Counted from the stretch's first letter, positions 26,066 to 40,385 are shown. The stretch is 64,000 bases of DNA from Octopus sinensis (GCF_006345805.1 NC_042998.1:2666001-2730000); one strand, 5' to 3'. The notes: generated by a model not told the origin, from the sequence alone. Program-made: numbers and translations.

Positions 26066-28251
26066 CCCCACCATATAAAATAGCAGCAACGGCAAGAAGT
26101 GTATTACAGATAGTGTCAAGTTTTTTAAAAAAAAAGTGATGTCTATGTTAAACAAAAACTTTCTTTTATGAATTCTGCCACTAACATATGTGTGACACAT
26201 CAGTATTACTATGTCTAATCTGACCATCAAAAAACATTAGAAGATGAGAAAAAGTCTATTTTGGGCAGACACCTCTCTAATGAAGGGCTTTAAACCAGGC
26301 AGTGAGATTGTAGTCATGGATGACGCTGGTATTATGTAAATGGCACTTGTGCTAGTGGCATGTAAAAAGCACCCACTACACTCTTGGAGTGGTTGGTGTT
26401 AGGAAGGGAATCCAGTCAGAGAAACCATACCAAATCAGATTGGAACCTGGTGGAGCTTTCAGTCAAACTGTCAAACCCATGCCAGCACAGAAAACAGACA
26501 GTTAATGATGATGATTTGAAGTGTTTATATTCATTGATTACTAACATAGATCATCACAAATTCTCTCAAGATTTTACTGTTACTTTCATATTTGTGGATT
26601 TGGTACAGAAATTCTACCCCTTTAGAAAGATATACCCAAGACAAGGCACAACACAAACACGTAACAGACAAAATAGTTTTGCCTCATAGAAGATACGTTT
26701 TGTTTTTTGTTTTTTTCTTTAACAAGTTACTGTCAATATATTTATCTAAACAGCTGTGTCTAATAGCAGGTATGAGAAATATGACCAACTTGTACAAACA
26801 CACATTAAAATTATGCATTTTCAACACAGCAGATTCTTTTCCTAAAAACAAAAAGAAAAATCTGTCAAAAACAAATATTTAGAAATTTTGATGGCTTCCC
26901 ATCCATCATGTGACTAATTTCAACAACGAAAATTGAAAATCTATTTTTTTTAAAAAAAAAGCCGAGACCTTGTGAACATCAATTTATATCATGCGACTAA
27001 ATTTCCTGTTCTTCAGAATCTGTGTCAACACCTCCTGCCTCATCCTGCTCCTCCACTTTGACTGTCCTAGGCTGCTACCACTCCCAGACTTATGTTACTA
27101 TAGGATATGGTTGCATATAAGTAGAACCATTTCAACAATAGTGACAAACTTAATCCTACAAATCATCCAGTGTGTGTGTGTGTGTGTGTGAGGGGGGAGG
27201 GGGTATGGATGTATCCAGACAATGCTATGTGCTTCCAGGAGTCAAATCTGAACACACTTATAGACACTTAATTGCCTAGTTTACATGAGTAAACAATGTA
27301 AGACTTAAAAACCATTATTCATGTAATGTCCAACTTTCATTAATATTATTAATCACAGTAGCAGAGTCTAGTCTATTTGAGGCATTGTCTGATGCATATA
27401 ACTATTTTTATTCTTTTTTATAAAGCCAAAACAACGCAAGTTATAAGAAGTAATACCAGTCAATGGTTTGCACTTTTATCTCGTATCTCAGTATTTCAGG
27501 GTTAGGAACTCTTCTTCAAGAAATCTTTGTACAAATGGTGTTGTGAGTTGACTTCTAGCTCTCAACACCATTTCTCTGAAGATGTGTTTTATTCCTTATA
27601 AGTTGCATTGTTTTGGTTTTATAAAATTTTAGAAATTAATAGTAGTATTGTTGCAACACTTGCAAAGGCTGGATTACAATATTTCTAGTACTAACAACTT
27701 TCAAATATTTCCTCATTACATACGTTAAGTTACAACCTACCCAAAAAAACTGGTGGGGTGGAGACCCACTGCAAATGAAAGGTGTTACGTCACAATAACC
27801 AAATACAATCAAAAATTTAATTCAAATGTGATATAAAGAATGTACCAGTGACTACAAATAAAGTGATAGACTTAAAATAATTGAAGCATGTGAATGCTGC
27901 TATTCTATTTTCTGTTTTTAAATAAGAGTGACATTACAAATAAGGCTACAAACTACAGGTGTGTCAAAATAGGAAGAAAAAATACAATTTTTCCAAGCAG
28001 AATATGTGAGAGGAAATGACCCAGGAAAAGTTATAAAAGAGTTTTAAATGATTGGCCACAATGGAATGCTAATAAATTTAAGCAGAAGTAAACATTCGTG
28101 CATGAAGCAATCCTGAATGGTGGAACAGGTAATTCATTGCCCACTTTAAAACCCTTACATGGTCCTTAGGTACCTTTAGCAGGGTCCATTTTACAGCAAA
28201 CATTTAGGCCCTATTTTTTAATAACTTCCTCCGACCAGTTTTGGAAAAGGT

Positions 28252-28670
28252 CATCATCATCATCATCGTTTAACATCTGTTTTCCGCGCTAGCACGGGTT
28301 GGACAATTCGACCGGGGTCTGGGAAGCCAAGGCTGCACAGGCTCCAGTCTGATCTAGCAGTGTTTCTACAGCTGGATGCCCTTCCTAACGCCAACCACTC
28401 TGCGAGTGTAGTGGGTGCTTTTTACGTGCCACCTGCACAGGTGCCAGGGGGATCTGGCATCGGCCACGATCAGTTGGTGCTTTTAACGTGCCACCGGCAC
28501 GGAAGCCAGCCAAGGCGGCGCTGGCATCGGCCACGTTCAGATGGTGCTTTTTATGTGCCACCGGCACAGAAGCCAGTCGAGGCGGCGCTGGCATCGGCCA
28601 CGTTCAGATGGTGCTTTTTATGTGCCACCGGCACAGAAGCCAGTCGAGGCGGCGCTGGCATCGGTCATGT
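28252..28670 (-). mobile_element. RTE-LINE 3' UTR fragment with about three 67-bp tandem units
   Basis: gaagccag at 28502, 28569 and 28636. Confidence 0.85.
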
Positions 28671-28725
28671 ACAACTAAAATGCTTCTCTTTATTTCATTT
28701 TTTTCTCAACAATAATTAGAACACT

Positions 28726-28953
28726 TTCACTCTTGAGCATTTAAACCAGCCATATCTGGGCAAAATATTCTGCTTGTATTATGTTCAAACTGGCCAAGTC
28801 TGGTTTCACATATCAACCCTACAATATCATTAAAAAATTAATAGTTACCTTATCAAAATTTCATAGTTACAAGATAATTCATGATTAATTCAAAACAATG
28901 TTTTAAAAAAAAAAAGCATTACTTTTTATAGAATGTGACTGCTAAAGGATTAA
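28726..28953. mobile_element. piggyBac-like MITE (opposite orientation to the 11173 copy)
   Basis: Ends ...gctaaaggattaa; internal similarity to the other copies. Confidence 0.55.
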
Positions 28954-30424
28954 AAATACAGATTAAGGATTTTCAAGAAAACTGTACTCTGTAGTAACTA
29001 AAAAATTGCAAACTGAAAGGAAGTGCTATATATGCTAACTCTTTTGGTACCAACCCACCTGAAACCACCCCTGATTCTACAATGTAAACTTCCAGTTTTA
29101 AAGTAATCTAAATTTAAACTTTCTTGCCAGATCTGACTGGCCTGGTGCAGCCTTCGGGCTTGCCAGACCCCAGTTGAACCGTCCAACCCATGCTAGCATG
29201 GAAAGCGGACGTTAAACGATGATGATGATGATGATGATGAATAAATGCTCCAAACATTAGCTTAATTATAACAAACTTATTATATTAAAGTCTTCATTAT
29301 TTGCAAAATTAATTGAAATAGAAGCAGTATATTTCTACAGGAATATGGTAGTGAAAGAGTTAAAAGTTAGGTACTCCAAACTGAATTGGAAAGTGAGAAG
29401 TTCAATAATCAATCTTTTCTATTCATAAGAAAGTAGTTCTTTGAACTATATTAATTCATTTATATCAATTACAAGCTTTACAAGATATTTAGAGTAGAAT
29501 ATAAGAAGTAATACACCTAAAAGAGTACTTATTTCTTTGGCAGTACTATCAACAGTCAATAATTGTGTCTCAGTCATATCCTGCAACAATGTCATTTACT
29601 CATTCAACAAATAAATTTCTTCATGGTCTCGTTAGAAATAGAAGCTAAATCTCTTCTTTCAGATTAAGACATTGAGTGAAACAATTACAAATCAAACACA
29701 TTCTTTAGAGCCTTTTCATTGCTTATATCGATTAAGCCTGAGTTGTAATAACAGCTTAAGATACACCAATATATAATGAGCAAAAAGCAAAAAAAGAGCC
29801 TCTATGAGGTTATTCCAGCTGCTAGAGGTAGTAGCCAAATCCATTTCAAATAACAATGTACTGTCTTTAAAAAAAAGGGGGGGAAGAGAGGTCACATTGG
29901 ATAAAGTAGTCTGAGATACTCCTTTAAAAAATGGGATGGTTGCAATCGGAATGCTTTTGACCATAGGCCTGTTCAGAGATTTCCGACAACTAAATGATAA
30001 CATAATTTAAAGATATTTTACCAAACTTCTCCAAAAACTTGATTATACTGAAAATTAATAGCAACACCTAAGTTAGATCATCCATTATAAATATAATTAT
30101 GGAAAGATTAAATATAAGATAATGGTTTATTTTTTCTTCTCGTCATTCAACCAAAGTAAATGTTTTAAATATGACCAAATGAAAATGAACATGATCATAT
30201 ATGCTTGTATAAGAAGAAATATAAGCGGTTTCTATGGATTTTCTATTTATATTTGGGCGTATTACATCTTCAGTGTAATATTTTTCAATTACATTTTAAA
30301 TTTTCACTTTCAAGTTGTGAGAATTTAAAACAGCTGAAGATCTATGTCAAGTATTTTATATCCTATTATAGAATTATTTTTTTGTTTCCCATCTACCAAC
30401 ATACACAAAGATCAGGGAAATGAA

Positions 30425-30775
30425 TGGGCGTGACTGTGTTGTAAGAAGTTTGCTTCTCAACGCCAGAGTTCCGAGTTCAGTCCCACTGTGTGACATCTTG
30501 GGCAAATATCTATTATAGCCAAAGGTCAATCAAAGCACTGTGAGTAGATTTGGTAGATTGGAAACTAAAAGAAGCCCATTGTGTGTGGGTGTGTATGTGT
30601 ATATCTGTGTTTGTCTCCTCCACCGCTTGACAACTAGTGTTAATTTCTTTATATCCCTGTAACTCAGCAGTTAGGCAAAAAGAGACCGATAGAATAAGTA
30701 TCAGGCTTAAAAGGCTCAACCCTTCAAAGCAGTATCCCAGCATGACCACAGTCCAATGAGTGAAACAAACAAGAG
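30425..30775 (+). mobile_element. SINE family B, old copy
   Basis: Degenerate A/B boxes and core. Confidence 0.7.
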
Positions 30776-32522
30776 AAAAAAATCTCTAGCACTTTATTCA
30801 GTTCCTTGTTTCATTCATGCTATCATGAAGCACAGAAAGCTCTTAAGATTCATGGAGAACCTCTCTGTAACTATGCATCAATTTTACTGAAACAGCTCGT
30901 AATAAAAGGGACAGCCTTTAAACCTTTTGATATCAACCTGCTTCAGACTGTCCTTGTATTTATGCCCTAAATTCATTGGTGCTGCTGTCACATAAAAAGC
31001 ACCCAGTACACTCTGTAAAAAGTGTGCTTTTAAGAAGGGCATCCAGCTGTAGAAACCATGGCAAAACAGACAATGAAGCCTGGGGCATCCACCAGCATAG
31101 AAAGCGGACATCAAATGATGATGACCACTGTTTTTAGATGATATAAATTAAAATCTTCCATCATAATTTCTGTCCCGAACACCAGCGATAATGCAGTTAT
31201 TTTACTAAATTCTTCATTATTTTCGAAAGTAGATGAAACAAAAGCAATATATTTCAACAGAAATTTGGTAACAAATGGGTTAATAACACCCCCCCCCCAA
31301 ATAAATCTATAGGTTAGGAATAAATGACATAAAACGAATTTTTAAAAAGTTACAGAATCAGCCTCTGTCATTTAAAATATGAAATTAACATAACTTCCCA
31401 AAAATTCAGACAATGTTCAGAATCTTGACAAGAATGCTAGCCTCCGTGAAATGATACCAATCACCTAACAGCGAGACTCTACCTGTTTACTGTTACAATT
31501 ACATAAGCAGTTCATGTTAACTCTATACATTACAATTAGGTGACAGGCCAAACATACTGTCCCAGTTTAATACAACCACTTTCACCTTGGACACTGTTAG
31601 CAGAGTTCACTTTGTTGGGAGCATTCAGATGAGATCCCTGATCCCATCTCCGTGTAGCGTTTGCATGTTTTCCTTATTTTAAATGACAATTCCAGTGATT
31701 TTAGATTGATTTTATAATGCCATCACCCCCACAATCACTACAACTATTACTTGAACAACAGATAAAATACTCTAAATAAATGATTTGAGAAGGTAATCTG
31801 AAATCAATTTCAAATTACCTAGTGGTATCTAGAGTTCTTTATTTACACTAAAGACTAGTCACTAAGGATCTGTGGTCATAGGCACTGATCCTCTTAGGTT
31901 AACTTATTTTTACAAAAACAAAAAAAAAAAGAGAGAGAGCAATAAAGCAATATATTTATGATTTTCTTGGGCAAGGGATTTTCACTGTGGCCTTGGGCCG
32001 ACCAATGCCTTGTGAATGGATTTGGTAGGCGGAAACTGTAATAAACCTATCGTGTAAAGGTGTGTCGTGTCTCCCATCACTGCTTGACAACTGGTGTAGG
32101 TTTGTATACGTCCAAGTAATCTAGTGGTTCGGCAAAACAGATCGATAGAATAAGTACCAAGCATAAAAAAATTTCTGGGGTCCATTCGTTCGACTAAAAC
32201 CGTTTCAAGGCTGCAGTCCAATGACTGAAGCAAGTCAAAGATGGATATTGTCAAACATTATTACGTCATTATTCAATTGACATTTAACATCTAATAAAAA
32301 GAATTTTAAAAATAAAAGAAGCTTTGAACAGTTAACAAAAGTTTTAACAACAAAAGCAGTGAAGCACAGTAACTATGTCCATAGCTCTCGCCCAGCTCCA
32401 CCACTTAATATCAGGGTTTTAAGCATTATATATAATAATATCCTTAAATATGATGCAACAAACCAAACCGCAATTTGACACAAACTAATATATTTGTATA
32501 GCAGTAACACATAAAAATACTT

Positions 32523-32932
32523 GGATCTCTTCGGTTTGAACGGCAGTTTTTTCTAGCGGTGTCATATGAAATTGTCACCCATAATTATGACCCTAGTATC
32601 GATCTATTGCATTTCAATCTGTTTTAGGGTTAGGGGTGGGAGAAGGGTATCTTTTTTTCTTCAGAAATGTAAATAAACCCAATCTGTTTCTTAAACGAGG
32701 GACATATTCATACGGCACAGAATGTTTTCACCTCATTAGACGTCATTGATTGGTTGAAATTGCAGAAATTGAAGGAAAATAACAACAAATATCTTACAAA
32801 CTATAGAATTTTCTCAATAAAGCCAAGAGAAAAAGAAGTTTTATAAACACATTCTACCAGTATACGAAGTTTAAAATTTTTTAGTTACGTGGAAATTATT
32901 TTAAAAAACTGCCGTTCAAACCAAAAAGATCC
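32523..32932. mobile_element. 410-bp MITE with about 30-bp TIRs and 8-bp TSD (aaatactt)
   Basis: GGATCTCTTCGGTTTGAACGGCAGTTTTTT ... AAAAAACTGCCGTTCAAACCAAAAAGATCC; TSD at 32515-32522 and 32933-32940. Confidence 0.9.
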
Positions 32933-35900
32933 AAATACTTAATAAGTGCAATGTAAAAATAAAAGCTAAAATAAATTGTCTTTCTAAAGGACGGACACAC
33001 GGACACACACACTGATGAGACTTGTCATAAAGGCAGAATCAAGAGATTACGTAAACCATAAAAATACCATATTGAATTCTGAAATACTGAGGGCTACATT
33101 AATCATAGATAGGGAGTCTGACACTTCTGGTTTAAGGAAGCAACTCAAACCAAATAGCTAATTGTTAAGAACTAGCAACAACAAGAACAAAATGAGAGTG
33201 AATTGTGTAGCCCTAAACAAAAGAATTTTACATTAAATACAACTGAAGCCACATTTAAGTAATACTTAATAAGTGTTGTTAATAGTTAAGGTCTTCGATT
33301 GTAAGAAAAAGAAACATGATCTGTTTGAAAATGCCACTTCTGTGAGTCACCTAATGTTTTTAAATAAATCCTGCAGGCAATATTTGGACCACTCTATTCT
33401 TCACAGCAAACCATTATAAATGCCACACATGGGTTCCTTGCTTCACGAATGTTAGTCAATATTACAAACAAATAATTATTGTAGATTATAAATGTCAAAC
33501 TTTACCGCATGGAGACAAAGGAAGTAGGAATATTTATAGTAAACACTGAGTTTGGATAACAAGGAGGCCTTTTTGGACAACATTAATATACATAACAATC
33601 AATGCCTGACGTAAGTAGTCATTGAAAGTCAGGTTGAAATAAAATTCCTTTCAGGATAAAAACTGTCCATTTCAGCATCAACTTCAAGCAGAGAAAAAAA
33701 ATGGTAATAATAACTAATTTCCCATTTTATAGTTTCAGAAACAAGTAAAGCAAAGAAATTGATATAGAAAAGAGATAAACGTGAAATAGCCCTTAAGTGG
33801 TTCATAAATAGGGGATACAAAAGAGTATAGATTTTTAGATAAGTGGATCTCACAGGATTAGGTAAGACATGGAACTATATAGGATTAGGTAATTTAATTG
33901 ATTCCCCCATCCCGTTAATGTTAAAAGTATGAAAACAAATATTAAATACCATACCCATTTGGAGAAAAACTTTACATATGCATAACTTTCCAACAGAAAA
34001 AAATTCTATTTTGAGTGTTTGTACCACCAGGTAAGTATCAAAGTGGAATCCAAAACTTTTGAATTTTATTTTTTTGTCCTCTTTTAAACTATGATCCAAA
34101 GATGTGGTTCTTCAAAATTGCTATAGTTTAGAGGGGTTTTTTTTTTAATTCAAACGTTTTTAAATATATATATAATATAAATTAGAGATAAAACCATTAT
34201 TATGCAACTCAAACAGTGATAGACATAAACCAAAACCTAAATAACAAATAATATATATTTTTATAGAACATAATAACTAGATCTCAGAAAGTAGAAAAAT
34301 GAATGACCAACATTATTATTATATACCAACAATGATCACCAAGTGAAGGCAGCTTTCTTGTTTTCTAAAAATCATAAAGCGTCTGTCTGTGATCCATAAA
34401 ATAATCTTCCTAACAAGGATCAACATATAGATTGCCAATTCCAAATGTGGCAGCGGAGTTGGAAAATATGGATAGTCTCTAGTTTATGGAGAATTATGTA
34501 ATCAAGAGAAATAATCAGAGATTCTAAACCAATTTAATGCAGCACAAAAACACAGATAAGTTGGAAATCATTTCCCCCATAAATTATTATTTTTCTGTCC
34601 TGTGTTGAGTATATGACAAGAAAAACGGTTAACCGGATGGAAACCTAAAGAATAATGTGATAAAAGAAGAATAATGTGATAAAAGAAGTAAAATTCTTTT
34701 TAAAAACTTGCCAACATTTTCCCAAAAGTCACAAAAGTATAAAAGAAAAAAACTAAGAGAAACTATAGATTATGGTTGAAGATCCATGAACGTTGAAAAA
34801 AGACATCTAGTTTTAAAAAAGAATGGCATTTATCACTTAACAAGACCGAAATAATACATGTTTCGTCTTTCAAAAGTGGTTCTATGAGGGAAAATGTCCG
34901 ACATCGTTTCGAGAAAACATTATGGAAATATCAGAGAGGAGTCTAAAGAAATACTATTAGCAATTTTGTTTTCGTTTTTTACGATGAACAAACAAAACGA
35001 GTGGAATATATTTTAGACTAACGTGGTCAGACGAATGCAGAATGGTGTTTGTTTTGTTATGAGAAGAAGAAGAAAAAGTGTCATTACGAAATCTGCTCCA
35101 ATTCCATGTGTGAAAAAAAGTGAGGCAGCTGGAAATGGAGTTAAAGACTTGCAACTAAATTGATTGGATGAAAGAAGAAGAATTGCTAAAGATAGATCCA
35201 CCTTGCTTCATTTTCCTTTTTCCCTCCTCTTCATAATAAAACTGATCTATAAAAAGAAATGGAATACTAGATTGGCCCAGGGTGGGGGGAAAAAAACGTG
35301 TGTTAAAAACGACCAAAACAAACTTTTTATTAGTCAGAGACTTTTGCCTTGTAATCTTTATTTTCCTTTTAATATTCCAGTCAGGAACTAGATACACCAC
35401 CACAATTAAAAATCGAACCTAATAACTAGCTGAACACCAGTAAATTATTTTATAAAACTAGCAGCTTTATTCCAGGCCAAGAAGAAAAGAAAAAACTATT
35501 TGTTTTAAGAGAGAGATTTACTTTTGCCAGCCAGCAAGGTGGTTTCCCCTAATTTTCTGGTGTATGTTGCTAATTGCCAATTAACATCCATGTGTGTTTA
35601 CTTAAGGGACAGAAATATAATGACCACAAGGACAAGAAGCTAAATATTTAACTGGTAGTAATTATTCAAACTTTGTCAAATTAATAGCAGTATTAATATT
35701 AGTTACCAACTGACAAAGAAAAGGTAAATAAAGTTGAAAAATCAATAGACACATGGCAACGACTGCAAGTAGAAAATAAACTTGAAACCAAAATAACCTG
35801 TCCTCTTAGGTCGTTGTTTTCTTCCTCCCTTCTTTCCTGTTTATTTTTACTAACGATCTGGTGTTTATGAGTAAGTCACACGACACATTGCAGAGACAGA

Positions 35901-38895
35901 CTTCCGATTTTTTTCAAAGTCTAAATAAGTGAGTCGTCCCGTCTTCTTCTTCTTCTTCTTCTTAAGTGAATGAAAGAAGGGCAGAAGAAATAGCAGCAGC
36001 CAAACCCAACAGTAGGAGCAGAGTTTCCTCCTGAACAAGAAATAATAATATATGTAAAGGGAGGTAGCAGCAAAAACAACCTAAAAGCTAAAAAAAACCC
36101 CACTCAGCTATGATAAGGGAATTCTTTTTAGTTTCCAGAAGTCTGAATATCCGATTACAGCAACCAATAAGGCTAACAACAATAGCAATAAAATTAATAA
36201 CTGCCATAGTACAATCTAGACTTGGTGACCACTTTTTAATAATATTAACGATGGGTTAATCGGTGCGTGTGTGTTATGTGAAGTGATTTCACAACTAAGG
36301 TGGGTTTTATTTTTAAAAATCTTACAGCGATTTTACACCAAGTGATCAGAGCTTTTTCTCGTGTTTTCTCTTTCTTTCGTCCGATTATCACATTAAAAAC
36401 GGTTTCATTATCGAGGGCCACTGATAAGAAATATCTATTTTGGACAGCTGTTGGATCTTATAAATATTTCCATCAACACCCAACCGATTCAATCAGCTAA
36501 CAAGACAGAAATGGCGAAATTAAGGAGATCCCATAAATTGTTTTTCTTTAAAAATGTAAGGAAACCGTTCATTAATCTGGGTAAGAAAGTTGAAACAGCA
36601 ACGTTTAATGATGTCATAAATCTTACAAGAAACTGAATTTATTGTTCTGTGTCAATAAAAACCATCACAACCTTCATCTAATAATTATCAAGTAAATTTC
36701 TATTCATTTTAAGAAAGAACACTGGATATATTTTTTGAAGAAGATTTAGGTCTTTACGAAACGTAAAAAGATAAAAATCCCGAATCAGTCATTGCTGAGA
36801 TTGTTGAGGACTAATTTACGAAGTGGAACACTTCAGACAGAAATAGGGTCGAATCGATCAAAACCTTTCTCTTATAAAAAGGAGCCGTGTGATTAAAGAC
36901 TAAATACTAATAACCATTAATATTAGGATTTCTTAAACAAACATAAAGCCACAAATAATGACTCCCTAATTACGTGTAAAGTATTATTAGATAAGGAATA
37001 GTTTTATTAAACGGAGCCAATATCTTAGTGGCACTTATTTTCATCAAGACATTAGCATTAAAACAAGGAAGAGTTTATAGGATAGCCGGGTAAGGTCAAA
37101 AGCTACAGAATCTATTTAATTTAAGGTTTTGGATTTTGCCCTTCGTCTGAGACTCAGAAAAAGTGGCACTGCTTGGGTAAGAAAGGACACCGAGAAAGAG
37201 AGAGAGAAAGCCTATGTTAAAATCATTTGTCTCTAATCAACACAGCAATTAAATGGTCGGTGGCAGACAGGGAGAGAGCATGGTTTACCGCAGATAACCA
37301 CCAGATTAATTACTGTCAACTTATCAAATTAAATGTACACCATTCGGGAGCGATAAGCTTAGCTGTAAACATTAGACAGTAGCACCAAATGTTAGCGAAA
37401 TAAGATTGCATGAGCGAACAATAGGTGGTTGTTATGTGGCGGGTATGTATCATATGGGTGACAGAAGGAGCTGACAACAATAGCAGCCAAGTTTCTTTCA
37501 ATCACCTCCGTTTTTAAGACTGAATAATGTAAGGACAAGATAGACAAGGCCTGAAATAAAATTCAAAATTTAAAAAAAAAAAAATGGTCAGAGTAAGAAG
37601 GAACTATTTTGATCATTCGCCTACTCATCAGATTTGACCAGGGGTTAAACAAAAGACCAGCGAGAAGGAAGATCCAATCAAGGGGAGGCTTTGTTGAAAC
37701 AAATTCATCCCTTACATCATCACAGCTGATACATCTTGTCCTCGTTTTCTTTATTAAAAGAAAATTAAATTCTCAGACGACAAAAAAAAAATCAGAACTA
37801 TCACAATAATTATCATACACTGCTAATTAATATATGAATAAATGTAATCATTAAAAAAATTGTTTTCTTACATAAGCATAACAAATATTTAGGATTAAAA
37901 AGTGCGTTGGTGGAGCTTAGAGTCCATCTGAAGCGACCAACATTACTTAAATCAACACTAATCACTAATATAATGAAGCTAATAAAGAAAGTACTCCCAC
38001 TAATGAGGGTGACACAAAGTACTCCTAACAGGACCGGTTTGTTCCAGGAGAACACTTGCCTATAAAAAGATTACATTATACACACTATACCGATATATTA
38101 TACATTATACACACAGGAGCTTCTATTATATAGAAGTTCTCTTTTTATGCTGACACACAGTGCTTACTCTGTTTTAATGCTGCAGCCCCATATCTCTGAT
38201 ATGAACAAGGGAAAATTCGCAATTTTGAATGAGGGGTTAGGTAGGGTATATCACATTTCATTTAAATACCATAAATAATAGTTGGAATACATTTACTTTT
38301 AAGTCGCTAATTAACAACAAATGCATGGCTAGTTCACGACAACACAATTTATATAATAATGGTATTATTACACGTCTGTGAAACAAAAAGATCAGGCTTT
38401 AAGTTCTATTTTAAGTGTTCTCTTAACTTTTTCTTCCTGCAACTTTTTTTTTTAACTGCATTCCTTTCAGTTATGGCTGTCTCTGTTTTTAAGATACATC
38501 TCTGGAGAAGTTAAGATATTACGAAGGAACAATGGGCCTCGCTAGAAATAGCAGCCAAATCGTCAAATCACACGACACTAGCATCTTGAAAAAGAAGCGA
38601 AAAACAATGATGGAAAGTACACAAAGTCTGAACTAAAGATACGATGATCATAGCTAAAGTGTCACTGATCATGTCTGTTCAATAAGGACCGATCTAAGGT
38701 TAAACATGTATTCGATCGATCGATAGATAACAGATAGATGGATCGATAGATAGATATAGATATATAGAGATACCTTGCTCCAGCTGGAAGTGCCCTAGTC
38801 TTCACCGAAACAAACTGAACAGTTAATGCAAAGCAGGCCGGTGCGTGTATAATATTATGTATTATATTTGCTACTGTTATGCTTGAGTGACAAAA

Positions 38896-38897
<2 letters not shown>

Positions 38898-38948
<51 letters not shown>
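38898..38948. repeat. (TA)n microsatellite
   Basis: Long uninterrupted TA run. Confidence 0.95.
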
Positions 38949-38950
<2 letters not shown>

Positions 38951-40029
38951 ATACATCAATCCATATCTGCCAGTGCGTTTTATTTATTCCTTTCTAATCC
39001 ACGGGGGCAAATATGAGGCTTCGCTTGGTATAAGCTTTTATATGTTATTGTTTTACTACCACTTAATAGCAATGGCACGATTGTCTAGCTTCGTTTTTAT
39101 ATATTTTGTTCTAATAACTGTTTACTTTAATATTCCCCTTCTGTACTAAAATCCAGACGGCAGACTCTAGAAGATTAAACAAATAACAACTGGCTCCCGA
39201 CCTCCCTACCATGGCAGTAGCATCGATGATGATGATGATTTCTTTTATTTGCCACAAGGGCGACGGATGAGGCGGGGAAGAATACAAAAACGGACATAAA
39301 ACTATTTACAAAGAAAGAAATGATTAAAAAAAGAAGTAGAAAGTAAACAATGTATACAAAAGAACAGATGTATATATATATATACATTACCAAAAAAAAA
39401 AAAAGGTGATAGTGAATAATAAGTTTTTCGCTATAGACAGAAAGGCCTGAGATGTTGTGAGGGGGTCAGGGTGGTCGATCGCACTGACCCACCATGACCC
39501 TCCACTGATACTTAATTTCAATCAACCCCCAGAAAAAGGCAAAGTTGACCTCGGCGGAAACAATAATGATGATGATGATGATAATAATAATTACCAGCAG
39601 GTGTCCATGACATTAAAAAAAAACAAAAGCAAAAGAAAAGCCAAGGTAAAATAGTCCAGCGAATGGTAAGGTAGTGAGAGCCAGACAGCAGCCACTTGGT
39701 TCCCTCTCTGGATGTAGCGAGATACGTGTGCCACAAACTGCCGCGACTTTCACACACACACACCCTCTCTCTTTGTCTCTTTCTATATGGGCCGTTTTTC
39801 ACCCTCCTACCACCTCATCTGCTTCTGCATGTCTCCACCACACACCCTCACACTCTTACTCTTTCCTTTTCCTCCCTTCCTCCCCTTCACCGTTGTTCTC
39901 TAAACTTAACAGCTTCTTTATTCAGTGACAGATGAGACAAAACAAATTACCTCCCTTGATACAGTTTTTACTATTTTTATTCTGCCTTTTTATAACTTTT
40001 TATTTCACACACAAATACATAAATCCATA

Positions 40030-40152
40030 TATATCTGTATTTATATATAAATATATGTGTGTGTGTGTGTGTATTTATATATATTTATGTGTGTGTGTGT
40101 GTGTGTATTTATATATATATATATATGTGTGTGTGTATTTATATATGTGTGT

Positions 40153-40208
<56 letters not shown>

Positions 40209-40385
40209 ATTTATATATATGTGTGTGTGTATTTATATATATATATGTGTGAGAGTGTTTTTATATATATATATGTGTGTGTGTATTTATATATATATGT
40301 GTGTGTGTGTGTGTATTTATATATATATATATGTATATATACACACACACATACATACATACAAACACACATACATCCACATACA
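40030..40385. repeat. Compound (TA)n/(TG)n higher-order microsatellite, about 350 bp
   Basis: Repeated blocks of atatat-gtgtgt-gtattt. Confidence 0.95.

Noticed and set aside
28490-28670. Regularly spaced repeats superficially like a CRISPR array
   Set aside because: Head-to-tail tandem units without unique spacers, inside a eukaryotic LINE UTR.
29519-31665. Candidate minus-strand exons at about 29519-29582 (DMTETQLL...) and about 31557-31663 (KHANATRRWDQ...)
   Set aside because: Their phases do not fit the flanking phase-0 junctions or each other, the donors are weak, and no homology is recognised.
32623-32640. TTAGGG telomeric hexamers
   Set aside because: Only about two units, inside a MITE.
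34780-35230. Coding-looking purine-rich stretch on the plus strand
   Set aside because: Stops in all frames and no recognisable protein motif.
33612-35876. Plus-strand consensus GTAAGT donors at about 33621 and about 35871 (possible antisense transcript)
   Set aside because: No matching acceptors or ORF, and such hexamers are expected by chance in 64 kb.
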